Origin: an uncultured Desulfobacter sp.
Lineage (GTDB): Bacteria; Desulfobacterota; Desulfobacteria; Desulfobacterales; Desulfobacteraceae
DNA length: 64,000 nucleotides
Assembly (NCBI GenBank): GCA_963665095.1
Contig: OY762069.1
Location: forward strand, 800,001-864,000
Direction of reading: 5' to 3'
Shown here: positions 39,611-49,893 of the stretch, one piece after another
How the letters are laid out: each line of letters opens with the position of its first letter
How positions within the stretch are numbered: position 1 is the first letter of the stretch
Translations under genes and position numbers: made by a program
The notes under the pieces: generated by a model
Databases searched by the model: none
Told to the model about the DNA's origin: nothing
Seen by the model: the letters and a program-made list of their open reading frames with translations, nothing else

Positions 39611-40617
39611 CGGATTCAGATACACCTGTGCTATTATCAGTCAACCATCTTGGCGTGACATTTCAGACAGACCAGGGTGAGGTGCGGGTCGTGGATGATG
39701 TCAGCTTTCAGCTCAAAGCCGGTCAGGTTCTCGGGCTTGCCGGGGAATCAGGGTGTGGAAAAAGTGTGACAGCTTTAAGCCTGATGCGCCTGCTGCCCTG
39801 TCCGGTGGCCCGGATCCGGAAAGGGGCCGTCTTGTTTAAGGGCATGGATCTTCTCGGGTTGCCCATTGATGCCATGCACCGTATCCGCGGCCGGCAGATA
39901 TCCATGATTTTTCAGGAGCCCATGACCGCATTAAATCCGGTTCAGCCCGTAGGTCGTCAGATTACTGAAGTGTATACCCTTCATTTCGCCGGTATGACTG
40001 CCCGTGAAAAAAACTCAGCAGCCCTGGAGATGCTTGAAAAAGTGGGGATTGCCGATGCCGGCCAGGTGATGAAAAAGTATCCCCATCAATTGTCCGGCGG
40101 CATGCGCCAGCGGGTGATGATTGCCATGGCGCTGGCCTGTGAACCGGATATCCTTATTGCAGATGAACCTACCACGGCCCTGGATGTGACTGTACAAGCC
40201 CAGATTATGGACCTTATATCTGAGTTTCAAAACCGGACAGGCATGGCTGTGATTTTAATTACCCATGATCTGGGTCTGATTGCAGAAAATTGTGATGAGG
40301 TGGTTGTGATGTATGCCGGGCAGGTGGCGGAGACTGCCGGGGTAAAAGATCTGTTCAAACATCCATTCCATCCTTATACCATGGGGCTCCTTGGGTCAAT
40401 TCCCTCCAGAGCGCAAGTTGCGAAAACCCGGCTGCCCACCATTCCGGGCAATGTACCTTCTTTTGCTGAAATGCCTGCTGGCTGCAGGTTTTGCCGGCGC
40501 TGCAGCCATGCGGTGGATCTGTGTAAAAATCTGCGGCCACAATTACTTCAGATTGGCACAAACCATTATGCAGCGTGCCATCTGGTTGATCCTATTCAAA
40601 AAAAAATAATTTTTTAA
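39607..40617 (+). CDS. Peptide ABC transporter ATP-binding protein (OppD/DppD)
   Basis: [31 protein letters not shown]-terminal GCRF..RC cysteine motif. Confidence 0.93.
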   Translation: MTDSDTPVLLSVNHLGVTFQTDQGEVRVVDDVSFQLKAGQVLGLAGESGCGKSVTALSLMRLLPCPVARIRKGAVLFKGMDLLGLPIDAMHRIRGRQISMIFQEPMTALNPVQPVGRQITEVYTLHFAGMTAREKNSAALEMLEKVGIADAGQVMKKYPHQLSGGMRQRVMIAMALACEPDILIADEPTTALDVTVQAQIMDLISEFQNRTGMAVILITHDLGLIAENCDEVVVMYAGQVAETAGVKDLFKHPFHPYTMGLLGSIPSRAQVAKTRLPTIPGNVPSFAEMPAGCRFCRRCSHAVDLCKNLRPQLLQIGTNHYAACHLVDPIQKKIIF

Positions 40618-40625
40618 AATTTTCC

Positions 40626-40653
40626 TTGATTTTTAAGCAAAAGCTAATAATAT
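40626..40653 (+). promoter_or_regulatory. Candidate sigma70 promoter of cold-shock gene with ~120-nt 5' UTR
   Basis: TTGATT-16 nt-TAATAT. Confidence 0.45.
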
Positions 40654-40778
40654 ACATTCAAAGCTTTCGTGAGCAGGGCTTTTAAAGTTTCGTTCTAAGG
40701 GCTGGACCCCATTTGTTGGCGTGGCAGGACCTGAGTTTGAAACTAAAATTATTCACTTAAAGTAAGGAGAGTGTCGCA

Positions 40779-40979
40779 ATGGCAAATGGGATCGTAAAGT
40801 GGTTTAATGATGCAAAGGGGTACGGATTTATCGAGCAGGAGGAGGGACCTGACGTATTCGTGCATCATACCGGTATCAACGCAACTGGCTTTAAGTCTTT
40901 GAACGAGGGTGACCGGGTCACTTTTGATGTGGAAGACGGACAGAAAGGACCGGCAGCGGTTAATGTAACTGTCCAGTAA
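40779..40979 (+). CDS. csp: Cold-shock protein
   Basis: 66 aa, GIVKWFN..KGYGFI (RNP1), DVFVH (RNP2). Confidence 0.97.
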   Translation: MANGIVKWFNDAKGYGFIEQEEGPDVFVHHTGINATGFKSLNEGDRVTFDVEDGQKGPAAVNVTVQ

Positions 40980-40993
40980 AAAAAAGTCTTTTG

Positions 40994-41036
40994 TAAAAGG
41001 GTTTTTAGCTGCTCCGGTTAAAGGCCCTTTTTTATT
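40994..41036. terminator. Probable bidirectional terminator between csp and dadA-like gene
   Basis: AAAAGGGTTTTTAGC...GTTAAAGGCCCTTTTTT hairpin with A/T runs on both sides. Confidence 0.65.
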
Positions 41037-41067
41037 GTTCAATTCAACAATCATCTCCAGTTATAAA

Positions 41068-42318
41068 TCAAAATCTGTCTGGTGAAAACGGTGCAGGATT
41101 AATTTCAGGTTGATTATCCAGAATAAGGTCACTGACCAGTTTACCTGTTCCCGTGGCAAAGGTGAGGCCCAGCATGCCGTGGCCGGTTGCCACAACCATG
41201 TTATCAAATCCCTTCATCCTGCCAATGGCAGGCATGTCATCCCAGGCCATGGGACGCAGGCCTGTCCACTCTTCCACAACCGGGTACCCTACCGGAGACC
41301 GCATATATTCTGCCGCACCCTGGATCAGTTTGTTCATTCGGGTCCGGTTTAATGTCTTTGAGAAGCCTGAAAATTCCATGGTTCCGCCCAGACGGTATCC
41401 GCTCTTCCAGGGCGTTACCACCATATTCCTTTCATGAAGCATGCAGGGAAGATCCGGGCAGATCTCAGGCCTGTTCATGGTGATGCTGTAGCCTTTCCCT
41501 GGTTGTATGGGCAGCCGCAAGTTCAGGAAGGCTGCAATTTCAGGTGTCCAGGTCCCGGCCGCCAGGACAAAGGCGTCTGCTTCATATGTGCCATAGCTTG
41601 TTTTAACCCCGTGGATGGTTCCATTGTCATGGGAAAATCCTGTGGCCCGGCACATCTCTTTGATTTTAAGACCTTTCTGCAGCAGGTTGTTTTTCCAGGC
41701 CGAAACAAGACGGTCCGGGCGGACGTGCCAGTCATTCTTAGAAAACCATGACCCTACGACAGCCGGTGACAGGGCCGGTTCCATATTCAATGTCTCTTCC
41801 CTGCTCAGCCGTTTATATCCCAGTCCGTATTTTTCAAGAAAGGCATTGGTCTGCTCAAAGGCATTGAACTCTTTAGTGGAGAGATATGCGGTTAATATCC
41901 CCTTATTTTCAAAATCACAGGATAGGTTGCCCGTATTAAACAGTTCTTCAAACAGCTTGCCAGAATATGCCAGAAGTTCATATTTGCTTCTGGCAGCCTG
42001 GTTCATGTGTCCTTTGGTGCACTTCATGGCAAAATGCAGCAGCCAGGTGATACGATCTTTGTCCAAGTCCGGTTTGATATAAAGGGGGGTGGTGCCTAAA
42101 AGTGTCCGGATAATTTCCTTGGAAACAGCGCCTGGTGCACAAAGGGTAATGATATCACTAAAATAAAGCAGGCCGCAGTTGCCGTGGGAAGCCCCGCCCC
42201 CGGTCTGTTTTTCTTCCAGGATCGTCACTTCTGCCCCTTGCTTTATCAGGTAGTGGGCGCAGGCAAGCCCGATAATGCCACCACCAATAATAATGATCTT
42301 TTTTTTATCTGCTGCCAT
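41068..42318 (-). CDS. dadA: D-amino acid dehydrogenase-like FAD oxidoreductase
   Basis: IIGGGIIG, ASHGNCG, PGKGYSIT, WTGLRP, TGHGMLGLT. Confidence 0.85.
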   Translation of the reverse strand: MAADKKKIIIIGGGIIGLACAHYLIKQGAEVTILEEKQTGGGASHGNCGLLYFSDIITLCAPGAVSKEIIRTLLGTTPLYIKPDLDKDRITWLLHFAMKCTKGHMNQAARSKYELLAYSGKLFEELFNTGNLSCDFENKGILTAYLSTKEFNAFEQTNAFLEKYGLGYKRLSREETLNMEPALSPAVVGSWFSKNDWHVRPDRLVSAWKNNLLQKGLKIKEMCRATGFSHDNGTIHGVKTSYGTYEADAFVLAAGTWTPEIAAFLNLRLPIQPGKGYSITMNRPEICPDLPCMLHERNMVVTPWKSGYRLGGTMEFSGFSKTLNRTRMNKLIQGAAEYMRSPVGYPVVEEWTGLRPMAWDDMPAIGRMKGFDNMVVATGHGMLGLTFATGTGKLVSDLILDNQPEINPAPFSPDRF

Positions 42319-42415
42319 AATTCAATGTCCCCAATATTTAGAAAAAAGCAAAATAGAACACTTTTTGTAATATTTCAACTCAAAAAAATGTGCTTTTTGT
42401 CACATAAGTTTCAAA

Positions 42416-45400
42416 TCAGGTTATCTGTGCCTGGAGCAGGTATTCGGCTTTTTGGGGAGGCAACGGTCTGGAATAATAATATCCCTGGATAAAGTCGCAT
42501 CCAATGGCCTTAAGGGTTTCAAGCTGATCTTCGGATTCAATGCCTTCTGCAATCACTTCGAGCTTAAGATTCTGGGCCAACGTAATGATAGCTTTGGCGA
42601 TTTCAAGGTTTTCGTGATCCTGGTTGATATCATCCACAAAGGACTTATCCATTTTCAGGTAATCCAGAGGGAAGTTTTTCAGATAGGCCAGTGAGAAATA
42701 TCCTGTACCAAAATCATCTATGGCGATTTTAATACCGCTGTTTTTCAGGCGGTTCAGATGCCCGATGACGGCATCGGGTTTTTCGATCACGGCACTTTCA
42801 GTCAGCTCTGCCACAAGGCAATGGGCTGAAAGTCCATAGGTATCAATGGCATGTTCAATGATTTTTTCAAGATTGTTATATGAAAACTGCGGAACTGAAA
42901 TGTTTACGCTGACTGTCATATCCTGTGTCCCGGGAAACCTGCTCTGCCATGACTTAAGCTGACGGCATGCCGTTTCGATCACCCATTGGCCAATGGGTAT
43001 GATCAATCCGTTATCTTCGGCAATGGGGATAAAATCAGACGGCGGTATCACTCCCCTTGTGGGGTGCTCCCACCTGATCAGGGCCTCAAAGCCTTTGATT
43101 TTTTCGGTTTTTGAAAAGAGAATGGGCTGGTAATACAAGGTGAACTGATCTTTTTCCAGTGCTTTTTTCAGATCATTTTCAAGCTGCAGGGCATCATGGG
43201 CCATCTGGTGCAGTTTTTTTCCAAAAATTCTGAACCTTGATTTTCCGGTTGTCTTTGCCCTGTACATGGCAATGTCCACATCCCGAAGAATGTCGTCTGC
43301 CCGGATGTAGCGTGATAAGTCCAGGATAATGCCGATGCTTGCGCTGATGGTCACCCCTTTGTCCTCCAGTATAAAGGGTCGGGCGGTTTCATTGCGGATT
43401 CTTCTGGCAATGGCAATGATCTGCCTGGGGTCGCTGATATCTTCCAGCAGCACGGCAAATTCATCTCCGCCCAGGCGGGCTACAGTGTCCATTGATCTGA
43501 CACAGGAGAGAAATCTGCGGGTTGTTTTTTTTAAAAGCACATCGCCTGCCTGGTGGCCTAAATTGTCATTGACCCATTTAAATCGGTCAAGATCTATCAT
43601 AAATACGGCCGCCTGTGTTTGTTTGCTGCGTTTCTGCCGTTTCAGGGCCTGGTTGAGGCGGTCAAGAAAGAGTACCCGGTTGGGCAGTCCGGTGAGGCTG
43701 TCGTAAAAGGCTTTTCTGTAAAGCTGGTCTTCCAGGGTTTTGCGCTCGGTAATGTCCTGATAAATGTAGAAGGCACCTTGAATCAGGTTGTTAATAAAGA
43801 TGGGGAATCCTAGGAGCGAAACCGGAATAAGGCGTCCGGATTTATGCTTGCGGTGTGTCTCTTTTTCAACAGCTTTCCCGCTTAAAATAGTCTGGTTGAT
43901 GGTTGCAGTTTCAAGAAGAAGATTGTCGGGGATAATGGTTGAAAGGTTTTGTGCGCCGGCAATGGCTGCGGCCGGGTATCCGAACAAAACTTCAAAGCCT
44001 TTATTGGCCTGCAAGATCCGGCCGCTGGCATCTGTGGAGACAACTGCCTGGGGGGAGCCGTCGAACAGTTGCTGAAACCGTTCACCGACATGTTGCAGGG
44101 CTTCCATCATTTTATTATACCGACCGGCAATGAGTCCTGTGTCTGTAAATGGGTCAGCCGGTACTCTAAGGGAAAGATCTCCTGTTTCTTCCTGTATCTG
44201 CATGATACGCAGGAAATCAAACGCTTCGGTCTTGACGCCGTGTTCAGAAACATTCAAGCCTATCTCTTCGTCATGGGCAGAGACCCGTAATGGTGACATC
44301 CGGTTAATCTGGCGGATAATAAAATAGGGAATGATAAAGCCCACCACGCAGGCGGCAAGGATACCGATGATCTGGATTATAAGCTGGGATGTAAAGTCAA
44401 GTCCTGTGGCAAGGATAGCCGGGTCGCCAAACAGGGCAACAGCCAGGGTGCCCCAGATGCCGCAGCCTAAATGAACCGGTACGGCGCTGACAGCGTCATC
44501 TATATATAAGTGAAACAAGAGCTCTTCCACAGCCAGGCAGACAGCACCTGCCACGGCACCGATAAAAACCGATTCTGAAACAGTGACACAATGGCAGCAG
44601 GCCGTGATGGCCACAAGTCCGCCCAGGGAGCCGTTAATTAAAAAGGAGATTTTGGATATTCTGGTTATAATATAGCCGATTAAAAGACAAAATGCGGCGC
44701 CTGATGCTGCCGCAAGGATGGTTTTCACGATAATGCCGGGCACCCGGGCATCCATGATCAGGGTGCTGCCCCCATTAAAACCAATCCAGCCGATCCATAA
44801 AAGAAGGGTGCCTAAAACCGACAATGGCACATCATTGCCATAAAAATCCACGGGCTTGCCGTTATCTGAAAACCGTCCTTTTCTTGGGCCGATAACGATC
44901 AGGGAAGCCAAAGCCACCCATCCGCCAATACTGTGAACAACTGTGGAGCCTGCAAAATCAACAAACCCGGCAGCACCCAGCCAGCCGGTACAGGTGCCGC
45001 TTTCTATCCCGTTCCAGGCCCAGTGGCCAAACAGAGGGTAGATTATAACTGACAGCAGTACGGCCACCTGAAGATAGGAGCTAAATCTCATTCTTTCCGC
45101 CACTGCGCCGGAGAATATGGTTGTGGCTGTGCCGCAGAACATGGTCTGAAAAAGGAAAAATGACATCATATGGAAGTTGTCACCAAACTCAGGCATAAAA
45201 CAGGTTGTGCCAATGATTCCCCCCCGGGAAAGACCGAACATGATGGCAAAACCGGCCAACCAGAAGCCCATAACTGAAAAAACAAAGTCGGCAATATTTT
45301 TAATGGCCACATTGATACTGTTTTTGGGTCGTGTAAGACCAGACTCAAGGCACATGAATCCCGGCTGCATTAAAAACACCAGTACGGCTGAAACAATAAC

Positions 45401-45430
45401 CCAGAAATTGTCTATAATCGTGATGCCCAT
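42416..45430 (-). CDS. Ammonium transporter-PAS-GGDEF-EAL fusion
   Basis: Amt motifs (SGAVAER, DFAGSTVVH, GFNGGS, DDAVSAVPVH), PAS, RLGGDEF, EALIRW, DDFGTG. Confidence 0.95.
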   Translation of the reverse strand: MGITIIDNFWVIVSAVLVFLMQPGFMCLESGLTRPKNSINVAIKNIADFVFSVMGFWLAGFAIMFGLSRGGIIGTTCFMPEFGDNFHMMSFFLFQTMFCGTATTIFSGAVAERMRFSSYLQVAVLLSVIIYPLFGHWAWNGIESGTCTGWLGAAGFVDFAGSTVVHSIGGWVALASLIVIGPRKGRFSDNGKPVDFYGNDVPLSVLGTLLLWIGWIGFNGGSTLIMDARVPGIIVKTILAAASGAAFCLLIGYIITRISKISFLINGSLGGLVAITACCHCVTVSESVFIGAVAGAVCLAVEELLFHLYIDDAVSAVPVHLGCGIWGTLAVALFGDPAILATGLDFTSQLIIQIIGILAACVVGFIIPYFIIRQINRMSPLRVSAHDEEIGLNVSEHGVKTEAFDFLRIMQIQEETGDLSLRVPADPFTDTGLIAGRYNKMMEALQHVGERFQQLFDGSPQAVVSTDASGRILQANKGFEVLFGYPAAAIAGAQNLSTIIPDNLLLETATINQTILSGKAVEKETHRKHKSGRLIPVSLLGFPIFINNLIQGAFYIYQDITERKTLEDQLYRKAFYDSLTGLPNRVLFLDRLNQALKRQKRSKQTQAAVFMIDLDRFKWVNDNLGHQAGDVLLKKTTRRFLSCVRSMDTVARLGGDEFAVLLEDISDPRQIIAIARRIRNETARPFILEDKGVTISASIGIILDLSRYIRADDILRDVDIAMYRAKTTGKSRFRIFGKKLHQMAHDALQLENDLKKALEKDQFTLYYQPILFSKTEKIKGFEALIRWEHPTRGVIPPSDFIPIAEDNGLIIPIGQWVIETACRQLKSWQSRFPGTQDMTVSVNISVPQFSYNNLEKIIEHAIDTYGLSAHCLVAELTESAVIEKPDAVIGHLNRLKNSGIKIAIDDFGTGYFSLAYLKNFPLDYLKMDKSFVDDINQDHENLEIAKAIITLAQNLKLEVIAEGIESEDQLETLKAIGCDFIQGYYYSRPLPPQKAEYLLQAQIT

Positions 45431-45678
45431 TCCTGATAAGATTCCTGTATAATGTCTTGTATATCACAAATTTGTTTTAAATAGCGCCTTATTGCAATAC
45501 GTTTATGTTATTTATTCTTATATCTTTACGGTTTTTGCCCAAAATATAAAGAAAGGTAATCATATAGGGTAAATACCTGATTTTGTCAACAAACCTGAAA
45601 ATCTCTGCCTTGTGTCAAAGGCAGATGCTGTGTTATTTCTGAACGAATATATGAATAATCTGCTTTGCTGGAAAAGAA

Positions 45679-46689
45679 ATGGCGCAGTTACAACATAGGA
45701 CAGACACCCTGCCAACAGACCGCCAACCGGTTCTGGATATCAGGCATCTTAAAAAATATTTTCCGGTCACCTCAGGGGTTTTTCTGCGGCACACCGGAGA
45801 TATCCATGCGGTGGATGATGTCAGTTTCAGTGTGTTTAAGGGTGAGACCCTTGGTATTGTAGGAGAATCCGGATGCGGGAAGACCACCCTGGGCCGGTGT
45901 ATCATGGGACTGTATCCTTTAACTGACGGCTTTGTTCAGCTGGACGGGCACCGGCTGTTCCCCATGACGCGTAAAATGCGCAAGGCCTTTTCAACAAGAG
46001 TGCAAATGATTTTTCAGGATCCTTTTGAATCTCTGAATCCCCGGCAGACAGTCCGGCAGATCCTTGAGGAAAAATTTCAGATTCACGGATATCCTCCCCG
46101 GAAGAGTGCGTTGGAAATTGAGACACTTCTGGGGCAGGTTGGCCTGGACACCGATGCATTGACCCAGTATCCTCACCAGTTTTCCGGCGGGCAGCGCCAG
46201 CGTATCGGTATTGCCCGGGCCATCAGCATGACCCCGAAAATTGTGATCTGTGATGAACCGGTCTCTGCACTGGATGTTTCTGTGCAGTCAAAGATTCTGA
46301 ACCTTCTGCTGGACCTGCAATCGACCATGGGACTGACCTATTTATTTATCTCCCATGATCTTTCCGTGGTTCGCCATATGTCTGACCGCATCATTGTCAT
46401 GTATCTTGGCAAAATCATGGAGGTTGCCGCTGCAGACGTCGTGTACAATACGCCCAGCCATCCTTATACCCGGGCACTTCTGGAAGCGGTTCCCGTCCCG
46501 GATCCGGATGCCGGATATTCACGTACCCCATTGAAGGGCGAGATCCCGTCGGCCCAGTATCCGCCCAAAGGGTGCCGGTTTTGTTCCAGATGTCCCCGTG
46601 CCAGGTCTTTGTGTTTTGAAACCCCGCCTGACCTTGTATCCCATGACAACGATCCCCTTCACTTGACAGCCTGCCATTTCCCGGGGTGA
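45679..46689 (+). CDS. Peptide ABC transporter ATP-binding protein (OppF/DppF)
   Basis: GESGCGKT, IFQDPFESLNPR, FSGGQRQRIGIARA, DEPVSALD, HPYT. Confidence 0.93.
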   Translation: MAQLQHRTDTLPTDRQPVLDIRHLKKYFPVTSGVFLRHTGDIHAVDDVSFSVFKGETLGIVGESGCGKTTLGRCIMGLYPLTDGFVQLDGHRLFPMTRKMRKAFSTRVQMIFQDPFESLNPRQTVRQILEEKFQIHGYPPRKSALEIETLLGQVGLDTDALTQYPHQFSGGQRQRIGIARAISMTPKIVICDEPVSALDVSVQSKILNLLLDLQSTMGLTYLFISHDLSVVRHMSDRIIVMYLGKIMEVAAADVVYNTPSHPYTRALLEAVPVPDPDAGYSRTPLKGEIPSAQYPPKGCRFCSRCPRARSLCFETPPDLVSHDNDPLHLTACHFPG

Positions 46690-46771
46690 TCCCCTGCCGG
46701 AGATGGGTTTGGGGTTGCTAAAACAAGGGCTTAATGCTAAAAGCTTTCCAAATTTATGGAACGATTGGTAT

Positions 46772-47515
46772 ATGAATTACAGCTTGAATAAGTTTTGTCA
46801 TGGCATCATGGATAGACGGTGTTTTCCGGGCATTGTTGCTTTTCTGTCTGTCTTTGTTCTGGCAAATGCTCTGCTATGCATATCAGGGTGTACAGAGCAG
46901 CAGGAGATCGACTCCAGGACAGCTGTCATTACAGCCGGCACAATAACCATTGACCTGGCCGCTTTCAGCCGGGAGCTTGAGACAAAACTCTCCAGCTACC
47001 CCTATGATATAAAAGAGAATCCTGAAGATTATAACGCCATGGTGCTGGATCTTGTGTCTGATCTGGCGGATGAGGCTGTCCTTCTGGCTGCCGCTGCAGC
47101 CCAAGGTATTGAGGTGTCACCTGAAGAGCTTGATGCGGCAGTTGCCGAATTTAAGAAAGATTATCCTGAGGACAGTTTTGATAAGATGCTGCTTGAAAGA
47201 GCCATATTATATCCGGTCTGGAAAAAGAGTCTGAAAAAAGATATGGTCATTCAAAAGTTGATTGGCCGGGATCTGGTCGATGTCCAGGAAATCCATCCCC
47301 AGGACATGATTGCCTTCTATGGCAGTCTGGCAGGTGAGTATAACGCACAGGATAATACCTCACCGGGGGATATGGATGAAAAAGAACTTGTGCAGCAGCT
47401 TCGACTGGAAAAAAGCCGGAAAGCATTTGAAACATGGATGCTTGGGTTGAAACAAAAATATCCGGTTCAGATAAACCAGTACAGTGTCACTGCCTTTTTA
47501 ATAAATCAGGAATAG
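46772..47515 (+). CDS. SurA N-terminal-domain lipoprotein
   Basis: Lipobox-like CISGC; A...GIEVS.EELDAAV helical SurA_N pattern. Start uncertain (46703/46772/46808). Confidence 0.7.
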   Translation: MNYSLNKFCHGIMDRRCFPGIVAFLSVFVLANALLCISGCTEQQEIDSRTAVITAGTITIDLAAFSRELETKLSSYPYDIKENPEDYNAMVLDLVSDLADEAVLLAAAAAQGIEVSPEELDAAVAEFKKDYPEDSFDKMLLERAILYPVWKKSLKKDMVIQKLIGRDLVDVQEIHPQDMIAFYGSLAGEYNAQDNTSPGDMDEKELVQQLRLEKSRKAFETWMLGLKQKYPVQINQYSVTAFLINQE

Positions 47516-47524
47516 ATAATAAGA

Positions 47525-48478
47525 GTGGAACATATGGCAAAACATTCAGGCAGAAATTTCCTTTTCATGTTGCTGATAATTCTATGGGCAGGAGCCTGCC
47601 AGGCCGAAGAGGTGATTGACCGTATTGTGGCAATTGTCAATGAAGATATTGTCACCCTTTCTCAGATGAACAAGGCTGTAGCACCCTACCGGGAAAATGT
47701 TATGACCTCCCAGGAATCATCCCCGCGCAAAGCGGAGATGGTTGCCCAGTTGAACTCCCAGATACTCGGCAGGATGGTGGAGGAGCAACTGATACTGCAG
47801 GAAGCAAAAAAAATGGGCATTACAGTGGAATCGTCTGATGTGGACAATGCGGTGGAAAATTTTAAGACAGAACACCACCTTGATCAGGAAGCCCTGGAAA
47901 AAGGGCTTGCCCAGCAGGGTATGACCCTTGAGGGATACCGCAAAAACATAAAAAATCAAATCCTTCAATCCATGGTGGTCGGAAGAGCGGTACGCGCCAA
48001 AGTTGTTGTTACCGAAGAGGAGATTCAAGCGTATTATGACAGTCATCCTGACCAGTTTAAGCCTGTGAAAAAATATCGTTTAAAAAATATCATTATAAAG
48101 GATGATAAAGATCTTGCCACGGTTCGGGAACAACTGGAAAATAAAGCTGATTTTTCCCAGCTGGCCCAAAAATACTCAATCAGTTCCAATGCTGCCTCAG
48201 GCGGGGAACTCGGCATGTTCGACATCGCAAGCTTCAGCCAGGATGTCAGAAACGTCCTTGAAGGTGTGGACAAGGGGGAATATACCCGGCCTGTCAACAT
48301 GGGTGATGCATTTCAGATTCTTTATGTTGAAGATATTATCACCGGAGAGCAGGACGCTGCAAAAGAAGAGACAGAAAAGAAAATTCATGACATCCTTTTT
48401 AAGGAACATGCAGAAGCCCAGTATAACAAATGGATTGAATCCCTTAAAAAGAATGCACATATCAAATTAATGCTTTAG
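47525..48478 (+). CDS. surA: SurA-like chaperone / parvulin PPIase
   Basis: DRIVAIVNEDIVT, FSQLAQKYS..SNAASGGELG, LKKNAHI. Confidence 0.85.
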   Translation: MEHMAKHSGRNFLFMLLIILWAGACQAEEVIDRIVAIVNEDIVTLSQMNKAVAPYRENVMTSQESSPRKAEMVAQLNSQILGRMVEEQLILQEAKKMGITVESSDVDNAVENFKTEHHLDQEALEKGLAQQGMTLEGYRKNIKNQILQSMVVGRAVRAKVVVTEEEIQAYYDSHPDQFKPVKKYRLKNIIIKDDKDLATVREQLENKADFSQLAQKYSISSNAASGGELGMFDIASFSQDVRNVLEGVDKGEYTRPVNMGDAFQILYVEDIITGEQDAAKEETEKKIHDILFKEHAEAQYNKWIESLKKNAHIKLML

Positions 48479-48517
48479 CCTTCCGAAACACTGAACTATC
48501 CGCCTGAAAGGGAAGAC

Positions 48518-49882
48518 ATGCAAAAAGAACAGATCCAGATACTTGAGACAAGCATCACACGGTTGCTTCGCCGGGGGGCAAACAAGCAGCTGATCAACAT
48601 TATTAAAAAAACCCACATGGCGGATCTCTCTATTGTTTTTGAACACTTAAGTCCCTTGAACCGTGAGAAGCTGTTTAATCTTCTGGATAGCCCCGAAGAC
48701 ATCGGGCTGATATTTTCACATTTGCCGGAGTCCACGTTTGTGGATTTTGTCAAAACGGTTGATTTTAACAAACTAGTCAATGTGTTTGACCATATGCCCT
48801 CGGATGATGCCGCCGAACTGCTCGGCTGTCTGGATGAGGAGCTGTCCGACAAGATTCTGTCCAAAATGAAAAAGGAAGAATCCGACAATGTCGAACAGAT
48901 CATGAGCTATGACGAAGACACTGCCGGCAGCTTCATGGTCAAGGATTATGTGGCCCTGGAAGAGGATGTTAAGGCAAAAGAGGTAATCGAGGCGTTACAG
49001 AACAAGTATCTGGATGTTGAGATGCCTTTTTATATCTATGTCATAGACGCTTATGGCAAGCTTGTGGGGGTCAGCTCCCTGCGTCAGCTGGTGGTGGAGT
49101 CTCCGGACAGGCCCCTCAAGGAGTTCATGGCCACGGACATCGTTTCAGTCAAGCCTTACACAGACAGGAATGTTGTGGCACGTCTTGTCTCCCGTTATGA
49201 TTACCTGGCCATTCCCGTGGTGGACGATGACAACCGGATTATCGGTATTGTCACTGTGGATGACGTCATTGACATCCTGCACGAAACCGCCACCGAAGAT
49301 ATGTTGAAAATGGCGGGTGTGGGTGAAGATTATGTTGAAACCACCACCATTCTTAAAGGCACCCGGATCCGGCTGCCCTGGTTGTTTGCCAGCTGTCTAG
49401 GCGGTATTGCCAATTTTTTTATCATTGGCCGGTTTGAGTCTACCCTGACCCAGCTCACAGGGCTTGCCGCGTTTATTCCCATTATCATGGGCATGGGTGG
49501 TAACATCGGTACCCAGAGCGCCACCATTGTGGTACGCGGGATTGCCACAGGCCGGGTGAATGTCCGGGACTTTGTCAAGGTGATCTCACGGGAACTCGGG
49601 GTCGGCCTTATTCTCGGGATGATTTACGGTTCACTGATTGCAGCCGTGGCCAAATTCAGTTTTATGGCGGAATCCTTTTCCTGGGCTCTGTCCCTGGTGG
49701 TGGGATGTTCCATTTTGTCCTCCATGACCGTGGCTGCACTGGTCGGCACCTCGGTGCCGTTGATTTTCCAGCGACTTAATATTGATCCGGCCGTGGCCAC
49801 AGGTCCCTTTGTCACCACCACTATGGACCTTCTCAGTATTTGCTGCTATTTTTCAATCACAAGGCTTCTGCTCGGATTCTAA
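48518..49882 (+). CDS. mgtE: Magnesium transporter MgtE
   Basis: MPSDDAA, CBS pair, TVDDVID, RLPWL, GMGGNIGTQS, DPAVATGPFVTT. Confidence 0.96.
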   Translation: MQKEQIQILETSITRLLRRGANKQLINIIKKTHMADLSIVFEHLSPLNREKLFNLLDSPEDIGLIFSHLPESTFVDFVKTVDFNKLVNVFDHMPSDDAAELLGCLDEELSDKILSKMKKEESDNVEQIMSYDEDTAGSFMVKDYVALEEDVKAKEVIEALQNKYLDVEMPFYIYVIDAYGKLVGVSSLRQLVVESPDRPLKEFMATDIVSVKPYTDRNVVARLVSRYDYLAIPVVDDDNRIIGIVTVDDVIDILHETATEDMLKMAGVGEDYVETTTILKGTRIRLPWLFASCLGGIANFFIIGRFESTLTQLTGLAAFIPIIMGMGGNIGTQSATIVVRGIATGRVNVRDFVKVISRELGVGLILGMIYGSLIAAVAKFSFMAESFSWALSLVVGCSILSSMTVAALVGTSVPLIFQRLNIDPAVATGPFVTTTMDLLSICCYFSITRLLLGF

Positions 49883-49893
49883 ACGTAAAACGC

